Below, piece after piece: positions 30,249 to 42,122 of a stretch of 64,000 bases of DNA. Made by a program: the position numbers and the translations under genes. Under the pieces are notes generated by a model. The model was not told the DNA's origin and made no database searches. It saw only the letters and a list, made by a program, of their open reading frames with translations. This stretch comes from an uncultured Nitrososphaerota archaeon (GTDB lineage: Archaea > Thermoproteota > Nitrososphaeria > Nitrososphaerales > CADDZS01): positions 1 through 64,000 of the forward strand of contig CAWCYI010000004.1 of the NCBI GenBank assembly GCA_963799845.1. Reading direction: 5' to 3'. Position 1 is the stretch's first letter, and the number at the start of each line of letters is the position of its first letter.

Positions 30249-31149
30249 CTAGAAGTTCCTTGTAAATTCACTTGAGTCTAGGCTGCGGATCACGAGGAAG
30301 GAAGAGAAGAGAATCATATCAGAGATTCCGGCGACTATGAAAGGAGCAAACCAACCATGTGTCGATGAGAGCAATACCAGGACAATGAAAGTCATGAAGG
30401 CGCATGAAGATAAGGCAAATACGAACGTCAATCTCATTTCATGTGCCATCGTCCTTCCTGCTACCTTGAGGAATCGAAGGCATTCAATAGCTGATCTGAA
30501 ACGGAGAATATTGAGAAAATTCTCAACTGCTCCGTTCGTGTCGAATTGCCTCAAAGTCATTTGACCGTCGAGCAGCGAAAAGGCGGTCCTAAACAAGAAG
30601 TAGGAAATCACCAGTACGAACATTCCGCCGAAAAGTAGTCCCAGCGTGGCAGAAGGAATGACGTAATTTCCGGATTCTAATGGAGTAAAAAGGAAAATCT
30701 GTGTGATGAGGAAGACACCAATTGAAAATATATAACCCGACAGCCCATTCCCGGCAAGGGCCATCTCTCGTTCCCTCGCATATCCTAAAACAAAATAGCT
30801 GACGGAGCTTTCCAACGACGCACCAGCCCAGAGGAATAGCCGGAATTGCTACAGCGTACGCTACAACCTCACCACCGCTTTTGGTTCCAATAACCAGTAA
30901 AGCGATGCCTACAAAGAAATTTACAACAAAAGCATTAGCAGACATTATTCGATAGAGATTGACCTTTGGATCCGCTGAACTATGAAACCAGCGCAGCCCC
31001 ATTGGCAAGCCAACTGTAGAGACCAGCATCGAGACAACCAAGACAAGTGTATTGAGGCCAGGATGCCAAAAGAAGAAGCCTAGTCCAATCGCCGTTGCAA
31101 TCGCCAAGCCGGCATCGAATGGCTTGTCGAAGTTCTCGTTCTCGCTCAT
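30249..31149 (-). CDS. Multi-pass membrane protein (frameshifted, two ORFs)
   Basis: Overlapping hydrophobic ORFs 30589-31149 and 30249-30815. Confidence 0.6.
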
Positions 31150-31307
31150 GGAAAAGCCCTCAGTTGAGGGTTGGCTTACCCGCTATTTAAAATCAGGTTA
31201 TATATAGAATAGGTATTTGCCGTCGATTTTGCGACGTTATTTTACTAATGGTCATGGTGATATGTCGTGCTTCGTGGACATTTTGTTTGTTTGAACCGGT
31301 TATCCCT

Positions 31308-33896
31308 TCAAAGTTGTTGTTGTTCAGAAAGCGCCATCAAGTCTGAAAATGAATCAGGCTCCAAATGAGTGAAATCGCGTTGTCCCACCTTAAGGTATTC
31401 CCATCTAGTTGCCGCCAAATCACTAGCATATTCACACCACATAGTTGCCGCGCGATCCTTGTGTGGCACATCAGGATCCTCCCGGCCTTTTGTCTCGATG
31501 AGATAATGAGTCCCATCGTCCAAAACTGCAACGAAATCAGGTTCGTAATATCGAAGATTAGCCACAGAATCAGTGTACTCTATGGTAAAGCCAAATTTCT
31601 TCGGTAGTTTTGAGAACTTGACAACATCTCTCGCCATCTGCAGAAACTTGGCAAACTCAACTTCGAAATCGTTATCACAAGGCACTTTGTTGAAAATGCA
31701 TTTCGGGGCTTCATAGGTTGGTCTAGAATAAGGAAATGCACTCGTCTCTGAAAGTTTCCGAGGCGCTGAGGCAATCTCCGGAATCTTCTGCTCAATTACA
31801 ATCTGTCTCAAAGCCTTCACAAAGGTTCGGACAACCACGTATTGGCTGACATTGGTGCTTATAGCTTTTAGAATCACGGGATCGTCTAAATCAACGCTCT
31901 CTCGAAATGCCACTTCCTGAAGGAATTGTCGAATCTTAGGAACAAGATATGCGAATTGAGTAGGAAGTTTCACGTCGTGTGCGATTTCCTTGGCATAGTA
32001 AGCGATAACCTCTCCCGATGTCTGTGCTTGCGGTAGTTTGTATAAGCGTTCAATTTCCTTCTTTAGAGTGATAAAATCATAACCATCGTAGTGAAATGTC
32101 TCTATTTCCTCAGCACTTTCTTTCTTGGGAAGTTTAGGGCATTTTAGTGAATGAACATCTATTGAAGAGATTTCTTCGGAGAGGGATTTTTTCCTAACTA
32201 AAATTGGTGTCAGCATAGGAATTTCGATATCCTGCGCAATTTTGGAGAAATCAACCTCTATCGTTACAATCTTGAGCTTGTCTTTGTCTAAGTCGAAGGT
32301 GCCAAATTTTGTGCCCTCGTCACGTTCCAGGTCTTCGACGAATTTCATGAAGGCTTTATTTCCGATAACGTCAAGTCGTTCGGAATACTCGCTTGGAAGA
32401 TCTCTGAACATTAAACGCAGTCCACGGCCGATTGTTTGCTCGGGAAGAATATTCGCTTTTGAACTATAGGGTCGTAGGCCGACCACGACGGTAACGTTCT
32501 GGACGTCCCAACCTTCCCTCAACATAAGAACACTAACAATCGCGTTTACTTTGTTGTCTGCATAGTCGACCTGTCTCGCGATTAATCTAGCAGCTTCCAA
32601 ATCACGTTTTGACACCTCGCCTTTCTTGTCGGTATGAATGATAAGCAACTTTTCATCTCCAAATTCTTCAGGATAATGACCAATGAGATACTCGCCTACA
32701 TCTTCAGCTTCATCCGTGGTGTTCATCATCACGAATAGGATAGGTTTCTTGTTTAAGGGTCTTAATTGGTCTCCGTATTCCTTCCACCTTTCAACGCCGG
32801 CTGTGAGATATGCTTTGTACTTGGTGCTCGTAACATCGGATCGAGTTTCCTGCATCCCTGATGCAACTCCCTTCAAGGGCCGTTTTACAATTCCATCCTC
32901 GATAGCCCTCTTCAAGGGATAATCGTAGATTGTCCAGCTGAACAAGGAACCGTTGGCGAATCTCGGTGTCGCGGAAAAATCCAGTTGAGCGCCGACACCT
33001 CCGTTGGCCTTTGAATTCAATTCACGAATGAAGTCGTTCCACTTAAGATCCTCATCATGGGTATGATGGGCCTCGTCATTGATGACCACCACAGAATCTT
33101 TACGATTGATAAGGCGAGGAAGAAAATCCTCCCGTTGACTCTGATTGACCTGAGGCTTGGGTCCTAAGACGTCAGTAATCGGTCTTGGCTCATTCCCATC
33201 ATCTGCTGGCGCGGTGCCGTACAACTGCTGGATATTTGCGAGATAAAGAGCTCCTTCGGACGATGTCCGCTCACCTTCTCCTCTCATGTAAGTTTCAAGA
33301 TCCCACATGTTAGCGAATTCGGGAGGAACAATTGGATCGATTCGGAAGATTCTACCGTCGGCGAAATCTAGCCTGAGTCTCTCAAATACTATTACATTTG
33401 GGGCAATTAGAAGAAATGTCTTTGAGTATCCTGGTGCATTCTCTAGAATCGCATTGAAGTATTGCCATGCAATAGCAAGTGACATCACTTTTGTCTTGCC
33501 GCTACCAGTAGCCATTTTGAAGCTGTATCTGGCGAAATCATCGTGTTGGAGCAACTGGATATACCTGGTCTCCAATGCATAACGCTCGAGCATTGCCTTC
33601 TGTCGTTTGATTTTTGCAACCTCAAACAAATATACCAAAGATTCCATTGCTTCTTTTTGCGCATGATGGTAGACGAATCCCTGCCCATCTGCAAGCCTAT
33701 GGTCAGAATGAAACCAATAATTTAGCAGTGCCTTGCTAGTTTCCGTGCACCCTGCAGGCTCTAAGTAGCCACTCTTAACCCATCTATCAACCTCCGCTTT
33801 GATTCCAGGAACGCAAGGGGCAGTTCCTAATGCGGGATTTAGGACAGTCAGTTCCCCTTGTGAATTGGCGAATTCAGTCTGCCCTTTGCGGCTCAA
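31308..33896 (-). CDS. res: Type III restriction enzyme Res subunit
   Basis: MATGSGKT, DEAHH, SATP, LREGWD, EQTIGRGLR, C-terminal YEPDF...IETKG nuclease motif. Confidence 0.92.
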   Translation of the reverse strand: MSRKGQTEFANSQGELTVLNPALGTAPCVPGIKAEVDRWVKSGYLEPAGCTETSKALLNYWFHSDHRLADGQGFVYHHAQKEAMESLVYLFEVAKIKRQKAMLERYALETRYIQLLQHDDFARYSFKMATGSGKTKVMSLAIAWQYFNAILENAPGYSKTFLLIAPNVIVFERLRLDFADGRIFRIDPIVPPEFANMWDLETYMRGEGERTSSEGALYLANIQQLYGTAPADDGNEPRPITDVLGPKPQVNQSQREDFLPRLINRKDSVVVINDEAHHTHDEDLKWNDFIRELNSKANGGVGAQLDFSATPRFANGSLFSWTIYDYPLKRAIEDGIVKRPLKGVASGMQETRSDVTSTKYKAYLTAGVERWKEYGDQLRPLNKKPILFVMMNTTDEAEDVGEYLIGHYPEEFGDEKLLIIHTDKKGEVSKRDLEAARLIARQVDYADNKVNAIVSVLMLREGWDVQNVTVVVGLRPYSSKANILPEQTIGRGLRLMFRDLPSEYSERLDVIGNKAFMKFVEDLERDEGTKFGTFDLDKDKLKIVTIEVDFSKIAQDIEIPMLTPILVRKKSLSEEISSIDVHSLKCPKLPKKESAEEIETFHYDGYDFITLKKEIERLYKLPQAQTSGEVIAYYAKEIAHDVKLPTQFAYLVPKIRQFLQEVAFRESVDLDDPVILKAISTNVSQYVVVRTFVKALRQIVIEQKIPEIASAPRKLSETSAFPYSRPTYEAPKCIFNKVPCDNDFEVEFAKFLQMARDVVKFSKLPKKFGFTIEYTDSVANLRYYEPDFVAVLDDGTHYLIETKGREDPDVPHKDRAATMWCEYASDLAATRWEYLKVGQRDFTHLEPDSFSDLMALSEQQQL

Positions 33897-33900
33897 TGAA

Positions 33901-35847
33901 TTACACCCTTACTTTGAGCATCTTCGTGGTATCATTACCTAAGATGTCAACAACCTTAACGAGAATCCGGTACTCCCCACTTTCCTCATATTCCTTGGAA
34001 AGCTCAGTTCCCAACTTCGGATGATCACGAGTTCTGTATTCTTGAACCTCGTTGTGAAAAGTATCGTTCTTGTTATCCCAATCTATCGCCCAGTAATCAA
34101 TCCATTGCGACCAGTGGGTTATCTGTTTTTGGACATCTGCGGGAACATCATCCTGTGGTATTGTGAAATCTTTTATCGTCACCGTGGACTTCAGTCCTTT
34201 GGTCTTGAGCCCTAGATCTAGGGAGGCTAATTCAAAAAAGTGAACATCTCCCTGCTCCACAGCCTTTTTATCGAGTACCTCGCGCGGAATTCTTAAGAAC
34301 CGAACATCCACGCCTGCCTGAGAAGCTTGTTGCTTCGCTAATTCATTTATTTCAAAGGCAAAATCCCATCCGAGTATGTCCAGACCATTCGTCTTTGGAG
34401 CGTCTTTTCCGCCTCCTATCATCTTCTTGAATTCTGCAACAATGCGACCCACATCCTGGGGAGAAACAGGGGAATCTACTGCCCCGACATGCAGCAATCG
34501 ATTTCCTTTCTTCCCATGGATCCAGGTGTAGCCACTCAAAGACTGGGCGTTGTAGAGTTTAAGCATGAAATCCAAGTAGGCCCTTATCCTTCGAGCCGCT
34601 TCAGTGCCGAATTCTGCTGCTTGCCAAGCCTGACGCTCATACTTACCAAGATTTTGAATTACAAACGGTTTAACTCCAGTAAGACCCAATAATCTCTTTC
34701 TGGTGGTGTGAATTGCAAATCGACCAAGATCGCATGCAATCCATTTTCTGTTCAGTTTTTCAGAGACTGAAGCTGTCGTTCCACTGCCAACAAAACAATC
34801 CATTACAAGATCTCCTTCTTTCGTGGACGACTTGATGACCCGTTCAAGCAATGCTTCGGGTTTTTGAGTGTCATAACCAAGCCGCTCATCGGCCATCATA
34901 TTGATTCTCTTTATGTCGTCCCAGGAGTCACTTACGGGCTCACCTTCCTGTTCGTCCAAATATCGCTTGAACTCTGGTTTTCCGGAGCTGGTAAGAACGA
35001 AAAACCCACGTTCCCAATAATCATCGATTGTTTCCTGGGTCCATCTCCAATGTCGGCCCGCTGGCGGGGCAAGAACTCGATCTCCAAACTTCCTTGAAGG
35101 CCCTGAACCAGCGCCTGTGGCATCTTCTTTCCAATATCTTCTCCCATCTGGCTCTTCGAACCGAAAATATCTCGCTACATATTCAGGAGAATATGGACGA
35201 AATTGAGGAGACCAGAAATAGTTAGGACCCTTTGAAAACCAGAATATTGTGTCATGGACTTGTCCAAACCTTTTTGCGTCGCTATGCGATGTACTTCGGC
35301 GCCAAATTATCTCATTACGAAAATTATCTGATCCAAAAATTTCATCCAATATCCCTCTGATGTATGAGTTCATCCTCCAATCACAGTGTACGAAAAAACT
35401 TCCATCCGGAGCAAGAAGATCATACAACAATTGCGTGGTCTCAGAAAACCAAGAGAGATAGGAATCCAAGCCCTGCCCCCAAGTATCGCGATAGGCTTTC
35501 TGCTCTATAATCGATGGCTCTTTTGTAAAGAGCTCATCGCTGTCAGGAATTTCAGTGCTGAAGGAAAAATCAGCACCTGTACCAAAAGGAGGGTCGATGT
35601 AAATTAAATTGACTTTCCCAGCAAACTCCGGTAAGAGGCTAGGTAAGACATACTTCTTATCGCCCCAAATTAGACGGTTACGCCACTCATTTGTGTCACG
35701 ACCACTGATGAATCGCTCTAAGCTCTTCTGTCGTTCTTGGCTCGATTCGTTAACAGTCTCAACGGTCTGAAGAGGAAGCTGGATTCGAACAGGCGTAACT
35801 TTCTTGTCGTTTGAATCATACTTTCCCTTCCATACTACCTCTACCAT
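33901..35847 (-). CDS. mod: Type III R-M Mod subunit (adenine-specific DNA methyltransferase)
   Basis: IYIDPPF, TQKPEALLER, DCFVGSGTT; directly upstream of res. Confidence 0.92.
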   Translation of the reverse strand: MVEVVWKGKYDSNDKKVTPVRIQLPLQTVETVNESSQERQKSLERFISGRDTNEWRNRLIWGDKKYVLPSLLPEFAGKVNLIYIDPPFGTGADFSFSTEIPDSDELFTKEPSIIEQKAYRDTWGQGLDSYLSWFSETTQLLYDLLAPDGSFFVHCDWRMNSYIRGILDEIFGSDNFRNEIIWRRSTSHSDAKRFGQVHDTIFWFSKGPNYFWSPQFRPYSPEYVARYFRFEEPDGRRYWKEDATGAGSGPSRKFGDRVLAPPAGRHWRWTQETIDDYWERGFFVLTSSGKPEFKRYLDEQEGEPVSDSWDDIKRINMMADERLGYDTQKPEALLERVIKSSTKEGDLVMDCFVGSGTTASVSEKLNRKWIACDLGRFAIHTTRKRLLGLTGVKPFVIQNLGKYERQAWQAAEFGTEAARRIRAYLDFMLKLYNAQSLSGYTWIHGKKGNRLLHVGAVDSPVSPQDVGRIVAEFKKMIGGGKDAPKTNGLDILGWDFAFEINELAKQQASQAGVDVRFLRIPREVLDKKAVEQGDVHFFELASLDLGLKTKGLKSTVTIKDFTIPQDDVPADVQKQITHWSQWIDYWAIDWDNKNDTFHNEVQEYRTRDHPKLGTELSKEYEESGEYRILVKVVDILGNDTTKMLKVRV

Positions 35848-35932
35848 ACTTGGCTACTTCCTGGATTCTTGGGCGAGGACAATCATTGAAAACAAGATGA
35901 TAAGTCTATTTTTGATACGATTAGACGAGTTT

Positions 35933-36238
35933 CTAATAAATTTGGATCGCTCGCTCTTTCGCTAGCTGTTCAGGACTCAATTGATGGTATACTTTTGCCA
36001 CCATTTGTTCAGCATCTCCCATTTGCCTGGCAACGTACTCAATGCTTCTACCGCTGTTGAGGCTTTGAGTAGCGTAAGTATGCCTGAGACAGGTGCCAAG
36101 ATTTCTTGAATCCGAGCGTCTTCTAGCTGTAATTTTGCAACGAGCGTTCAAAACTCTTGTAACTTTGTCCAAATAGGTTACCAGACTGGCCCTCCCTACT
36201 CTTTGGCAATTGTTTGGTGGCAAGGCGATTATTAGCAT
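35933..36238 (-). pseudogene. C-terminal remnant of a second tyrosine recombinase
   Basis: LRHTYATQSL..G..IEYVARQMG....VAKVY; no N-terminal domains. Confidence 0.75.
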
Positions 36239-36566
36239 CTTGCCTAAAATCGCAGCAGGCTAAGCTTTCGCTTATGAAGTAGATTGAACGAGAAAACAAA
36301 AACCAGGAACTAAGAGCTTCGCAGAACAGACAACATTGAAAGTTAATTATGGCACAGTATCAAAAAGCGCGTTCTTCGAGGTTCTAAGAAAGGTAAGCAG
36401 GGCGGGCACCTGATCCTAATTCCGCGCAACGATGCCATGATTCTGGAGAGAAACGACAAACTCGTATTGTGCAAATTAGAAAGAGGATGCTGGTTTGTAA
36501 GCGACATTAGTTTCAGAAAATATCAGAAAATGAGACACTTGTTTGCAAGAAATAATTGCTATTTAA

Positions 36567-37142
36567 TCATTCTACTTTAGGCGTCTTCAGATTCGGTACA
36601 AAATGCTTTTTCCAATTACTGTGCGCAATTATCGTTTGAAGTGTATGATTTGTGAAGAAGTTACCCTCTTTCCAAGTATAATATGCAATGAAATTAAAAC
36701 TCATAATCACGTCCTCATCTTCTCCAATTGCTGCTTCGAATTTTTTGGCAAGTCTGTATGAAACAGGATAGTACAATGTGATTGAAGTTCCAGAATTCTT
36801 CTGAATTTCCACAGGGTCAAGATGATCCATTGGGAACAGGCGATCGTTCCATTTGCCAACGCTAGGATTGATATATAGCTTCGCTCGATCAAAATTTATC
36901 TTGAATTCTGTTGGATTTTCTATGTTGATTGTAACGAGAAAATAGCTTTGTTCAAAATATGCTGTATTTGCGCCAAGGCCTCCCAAACTTACTCGAATGG
37001 CGCTGGAATTGAATTTCTGCGCTCTCTTTGCTATGTAGACTAGTATTGCGTCCCTGCATACTTCTGACCAATTTACCTCGTTGAGCTTCTCCATTTCCGC
37101 GGCGATTTCATCTTGAACGTAAACTGTCACATTCTTTGGCAT
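36567..37142 (-). CDS. RHH-like N-terminus fused to a beta-rich domain
   Basis: MPKNVTVYVQDEIAAEMEKLNEVNWSEVCRDAI is an archaeal RHH/antitoxin-like motif. Confidence 0.65.
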   Translation of the reverse strand: MPKNVTVYVQDEIAAEMEKLNEVNWSEVCRDAILVYIAKRAQKFNSSAIRVSLGGLGANTAYFEQSYFLVTINIENPTEFKINFDRAKLYINPSVGKWNDRLFPMDHLDPVEIQKNSGTSITLYYPVSYRLAKKFEAAIGEDEDVIMSFNFIAYYTWKEGNFFTNHTLQTIIAHSNWKKHFVPNLKTPKVE

Positions 37143-37398
37143 GGTGAAATGTCAGCATTCATTACTATATATACAATGTGGGTTAAGTTAGGGATTTCAT
37201 AAACCCCAAGGAAGTCTGTAACAAAGCTAAAATAGTTAAACCAATTTTTGACCCTTTTGCCACCATGGCGCAAGTAAAGAACACAGCCGATTTCGTCCTG
37301 TGCATGGCTGAGATCGGCCGCATCCTCTGTCTTGTAGGAGCCTTGGTTTACCGGCTCGCAGAAATCGTATACTATCTCCTGTCGTAAAAAAGGTAATC

Positions 37399-39163
37399 CT
37401 ACATGAATCGACTCCTTGCAAAAGGAGTCTTCCCACTTTTATTTGGATATTCACTCTCAGCCTTTTGCCAAATATCTTTTCCAGTCATTCGGTAGTTGCC
37501 CCTGCCCCACAAATGATATCTGAGAGACCTCGCAAGTTTTCTTGAGATATTAAAATTCAGAAAGGCAATTATTGCGTAGATAATTATCACTGCAACCAGT
37601 TCCCAGAGAAGTTCGCCAGTGAAATAGCCCCCTGGAATAACAATCTCAATCAACGCAACGAAATAAACTGTGAAGACCGCCAGCGCCGGAATAAAGATAA
37701 CTGTAAGTTCAAAGTCCGTAAATTGTCTGTCAGTTTTACGTGCTTGAAGGTAAACTGCTGCGACAAAAGTGAGAATCCCCGCCAGAAACTGTGCTAATCC
37801 TGACAGGAATACGTTCTCGACGGTATTGATGTTATAGAGAAAAGTGAACATCACATTCTGGTAAGAACCTGCAGGTTCTTGGATAACCCACTGCTTTTCG
37901 TTAGATCCTACTGGTATATTATGCCAATTAGAAGCGTTGCTAACCCCATTGATGAAAGTATCATCACTAGGACCCGAAATCGTAAACTTAGTTGAAACAG
38001 TCTGATTCAGAACAACATCAGGTCCAAAGCTTGGAAATATGAAAAACGATTCATTTACTGAAAAAGGGTATTCGATAATAAATGCTCCATTGACTGCAGC
38101 AGAATACGTTGCAGTCACATTGTAATCGTAAAAGTTGCCATCCAATTTTGAGTGAGGGAATGCAAGAATTTCACCACCAGGACCTGTTACCACATACTGA
38201 CCTATATCTTGGCTAAGATTTTGAACCAGACCATGTTGAGCTCAGCTCAAGATTTCCCTGTGGGTCTTCGACCCTTGAGATTGTATCATTCTCATAACTC
38301 AATGGAAGAGGAATAGCTACAGGTTCATCAGGATTGAATATTTGATTATTGCGAGAAGTAGGAATACTGAGTTCGATTGAATCGGTGATAGATCCGACTG
38401 AGATCTGTGGATATAATTCGTTAATTTGTGCGTTAATAGAAATGCCACTGACATAGACCAGCTCTGACCAGCTAAAATAATTCGTATTCGTAGTGTGAAA
38501 TGGCAAGAAGTTTACCTGTACTTCGTTCACGACTGGGTCTGTGAGATTCCAGACAATCTCATTAGATCCTGGAATCGTGGGGGTTAAAGTTGGTTCGGTG
38601 TAGTTTACAATCGTATAGTGCTGATTGAAATCGACAGTTAGCTTTTCGGGTTCAGGTGTTCTTTGCGCAAAGCCAAAAACATCCAGGAGGCCCTGTCCTG
38701 AAAGATAAGCCTGGCTGGTATTGATTGTCAACTCAAGTGTGTAATTCGAGAAAGGCGGGATTAGGACGGTCAGTAAAGGATTGGATATTCCGATATTATT
38801 TGAAGTGGCATTTGGAATAACCTTCGCAGTCCCATGGTGGCCCTGTGAATCATTGTAAGTTCCTGAGAAAATGCCTGCACTTGTGCTGAATGTTTGGTAC
38901 AAATTACCCGGTGAAAACGTGGTATCTCCGTTTACATTGTAGTTGTTTTGGCAACTGTCGAACAAGTACATCATGGCGTAAAGGCTCGTGTAAGAGTCAG
39001 ATGCATTGTTGATTGCGATCTTTTCCGAAAGGTAGCAGTCTATAACGGGTGGAGCCTGCGCACTCGAGTTAAAATGAACTGCAGTAGCGAACCACGGTAG
39101 AAGGAAGAAAATTACCATTATGGTCAGCGAGGGAATGCACTTCTTCGGGAGGACTCGATGCAA
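37399..39163 (-). CDS. Secreted/surface glycoprotein-like protein with C-terminal TM helices (two ORFs, probably one frameshifted gene)
   Basis: Signal peptide, N/S/T-rich with many N-x-S/T sequons in 38213-39163; three hydrophobic helices in 37399-38193. Confidence 0.55.
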
Positions 39164-39440
39164 TTACCCCAGGCCCTATGATAGTTATTGCAATTTCTCC
39201 TAGCCAAAACCTTTCCCATGCCTTACTCTCAGACTCCTTTCAAAAGGTGAAGGAGAACATTGAGTTGTCTGCAAGAATCATTGCTGCTGCAAGATCGAAC
39301 TCTGCCATCTTAACTCCTCTGACAGGTGAGAGAAAGATTAGCAAGGTGTTCCCGGCAATTCCCTCTGAGTTGACTGACAAGTCCGATCAGATCTACTTCA
39401 TATTGTCAAACGCAAATAGATATTGACGATTTTGGGGTGC

Positions 39441-39801
39441 AGCGCGCGCGCTGGTCAATGATGAAACTCTAGCATAAGCGTTTAACGCAGAATTTAGAAG
39501 GAATCTGAAGCGCGCGCGCTAACCGTCCCTGGTCGGTTCTCTCATCATAACGTTCAGTCAAAAACAAGACTGGGATGAAGTATTGAAAGCCATTCATTCG
39601 TTGTTCAACAATCCGTCTTTTCGGCAGAAGACGGAACATTATGTAAGATCTGAAGCTTTCAATATCGGTTCTGCGTCGGAAATGGAGTATATGAAAGAAT
39701 GAAGGAGAGCAGGAATGGTTCCGGGAATAGACAGAGCAGGAACATACTAGTTCCTCAGCTTCCCTCCTTTCGACTTTTGACACTTTAGTAGCGCGCGCGG
39801 T
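39441..39801. repeat. Cluster of three (GC)n palindromes: 39441-39452, 39509-39520, 39790-39801
   Basis: AGCGCGCGCGCT x2 and AGCGCGCGCGGT. Confidence 0.85.
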
Positions 39802-39809
39802 CGAGACGA

Positions 39810-41108
39810 ATGGAAAGGAATTCTGCCCTCAAGGAACATTATCGAAGATTCCTCGTTGATGCCCTCGAGATTTGCAGGGATGAACTTTCTAAGGGAATTG
39901 TTTTGCTAACAGAGGTGCCACCTTACTACATGTTCTCATCTGATATTCGAGTCGTATCCTCTAACCAGTTCAGGCAGAGGGTTGGTTATAGAATAAATAC
40001 GCTTCAATCGTTTAAGGACTGCATCGACTTTCTGGAGAGGAATCCGGAAACTTCGGGAAGTGTCAACATTAAGGTGTCGAGCCCACACATGTCTACTACT
40101 TATCCTACAAGCGGGTTGGTCGATGGATTGCTTTACGATTATCTTCACGTTATCTCCACTGCTGACTATTACGACAGGGTGTTCGATATCCTTTACCTGC
40201 AGCGAGAGAATTATCTTTACTCCGATTCCATCGCATCACTTCATTGACCCCCATATTCAATCTGGAAGGAAATTTCACAATCTATCGACATAGCACCTGG
40301 GCTCTGCATACGCAGGCTTTCGCAACCCGAACGTGATTGTATTGAAGATAGCTTCGGGGGCTTCATTATGGGGTCACAGTTGGCTCAATCGGAATACGGG
40401 ATTGCACACGACTCACTTATTCCAAAGGGAGCGGATATTGGAGCGTCTTCGGTCGCGGGACAGACCATTCATTTCACTCAACTAAACTTGCAAACTGCGT
40501 TAAGACTCCTCAAGCCTGGATTCGTGGGGACTCGGTTCACTGTCACCGCCTCAAAAGAGTGGTGTCCTATGCCGGGACCAGCTAAGAGCGGATTCTCTTA
40601 CGAGATGCCTTATCCAGGACCAAAGTACACGCTCGAGGAGCCCGAGGCGTTTCTCTTCAAAGATTTCTATAAACAGTTCTTGTCGTATCAAAAATCGTAC
40701 TTTCACATTGCACTTAGCAGATTCAATTTCTTTTACGATAGGATTGGACCGGAAGATAGGATAATTGATTGTATGGTTGCCTTCGAGAATCTCCTGCTTC
40801 CGGAGAGAAACGAGTTAAATTTGCGGCTGGCCCTTCGATCGGCTAACTTGATTGGAGATTCAGTTGCGGATAAACACGAGATCTTTGAATTCTTCAAATA
40901 TGCTTATGACGTTAGAAGCAAGATTGCACATGGAGAACAGATTTCAAATGAACGAACGAAATCTAAAGTATCCATGAATCTGGACCAGCTTTCTCTGAAA
41001 TTGCACAACTATCTGAGGATTGCCTTGGTCAAGTTGCTTCGAGAAAGGGATATTGGTTTTTCACTACACGATATAATCGACCGCCTAACTAATCCGTTCC
41101 CAACATAG
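39810..41108 (+). CDS. ApeA-like HEPN-domain protein (frameshifted)
   Basis: ALSRF...EDRIIDCMVAFENLL...LALR...YDVRSKIAHG (RxxxxH). Confidence 0.75.
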
Positions 41109-42122
41109 AATGCTAGGGAGCGCTCGGATGGATCATTCGCGATTGAATGACGAGAACTAATATCTTTGCTTATGCTTTGATCATCCAATCTGCTCTCTCG
41201 AAGGCAAAGAATACCGGCGTATTGTAGTCTGGGACATTGGTTACAGTACCTGTGCCATTCTTGTCGTGATACTGAAAATTGTTGATTATGACGATTTTGT
41301 AAGCGACTTTACTTTCCTCAGGATCCGGATAATACCATTTCCGATGACAAAAAACGCGGTCGACTCATTCAAGTACGCTAGTGCCTTAGTATCGGGTCTC
41401 TCTAACACGAATTGGCAATCCCAAAGGCTTGACCGCGTGGGATTTGAACCTAAAGTCGAATGCTCGGCGACCGCACTGTGTCAAATGAATTCGTGGGTTG
41501 GGGCGCACTCTAACCAATTCCACAACTTCTTGGCAGAGTTTCAACTCACTAAAGGCATGGCAATCTAATTCATAGAGAGTTACGTCACCCTCAAAGGCCG
41601 CAATCTCTTTGTCGACGAAAGAAGGCCCTGGCTTTGCCAGTATTGCTCCATTGGACGACTGTCTGACATCTCAGGGAGAACTCGCATCCCCCTGACATTT
41701 TTTGAGAAAGGGTGCAAATACGGTACCTATCGACCGATTCGGTACCTTTCAAATGCGCCATGGCCCACAAAATCGGTTCAGTACCTTATCCTTTCTACAA
41801 ATAAGACTGAAAGAAAAGGAAGTGGATTTTGTGGGTGGAAAGATCTCAAGAGAGCCATCGCCGAAAACCAATCGGTGTGCCTTGGGCTAAGGGAAATCAA
41901 TCTGCGAAAGCAGGGATCGCTGTTGATTGTGTCGCGGGACGACCTCTCATCACCTGCCATTTTTTTCAAAGGGGGCCAAAAAAATCATGGAAACCTGGAA
42001 CATATATCCACTGTGCCGAAAATACCTCACCTAGAGCAGTGCTTTCGGCGATCTGCCAGCTGCCAGACGCACGATCCTGGCAGATTCGATTTGAGTGCCT
42101 TTACATAGCGATTCGAGTCTCA

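Noticed and set aside
31308-35847. Phase-variable type III mod gene
   Set aside because: No simple-sequence repeat tract seen in or upstream of mod; both ORFs are intact and ordinary.
27253-41697. Transposon bounded by TGTCAGGG inverted ends
   Set aside because: No target-site duplication or transposase, and the similarity extends outside the putative ends; kept only as a motif finding.
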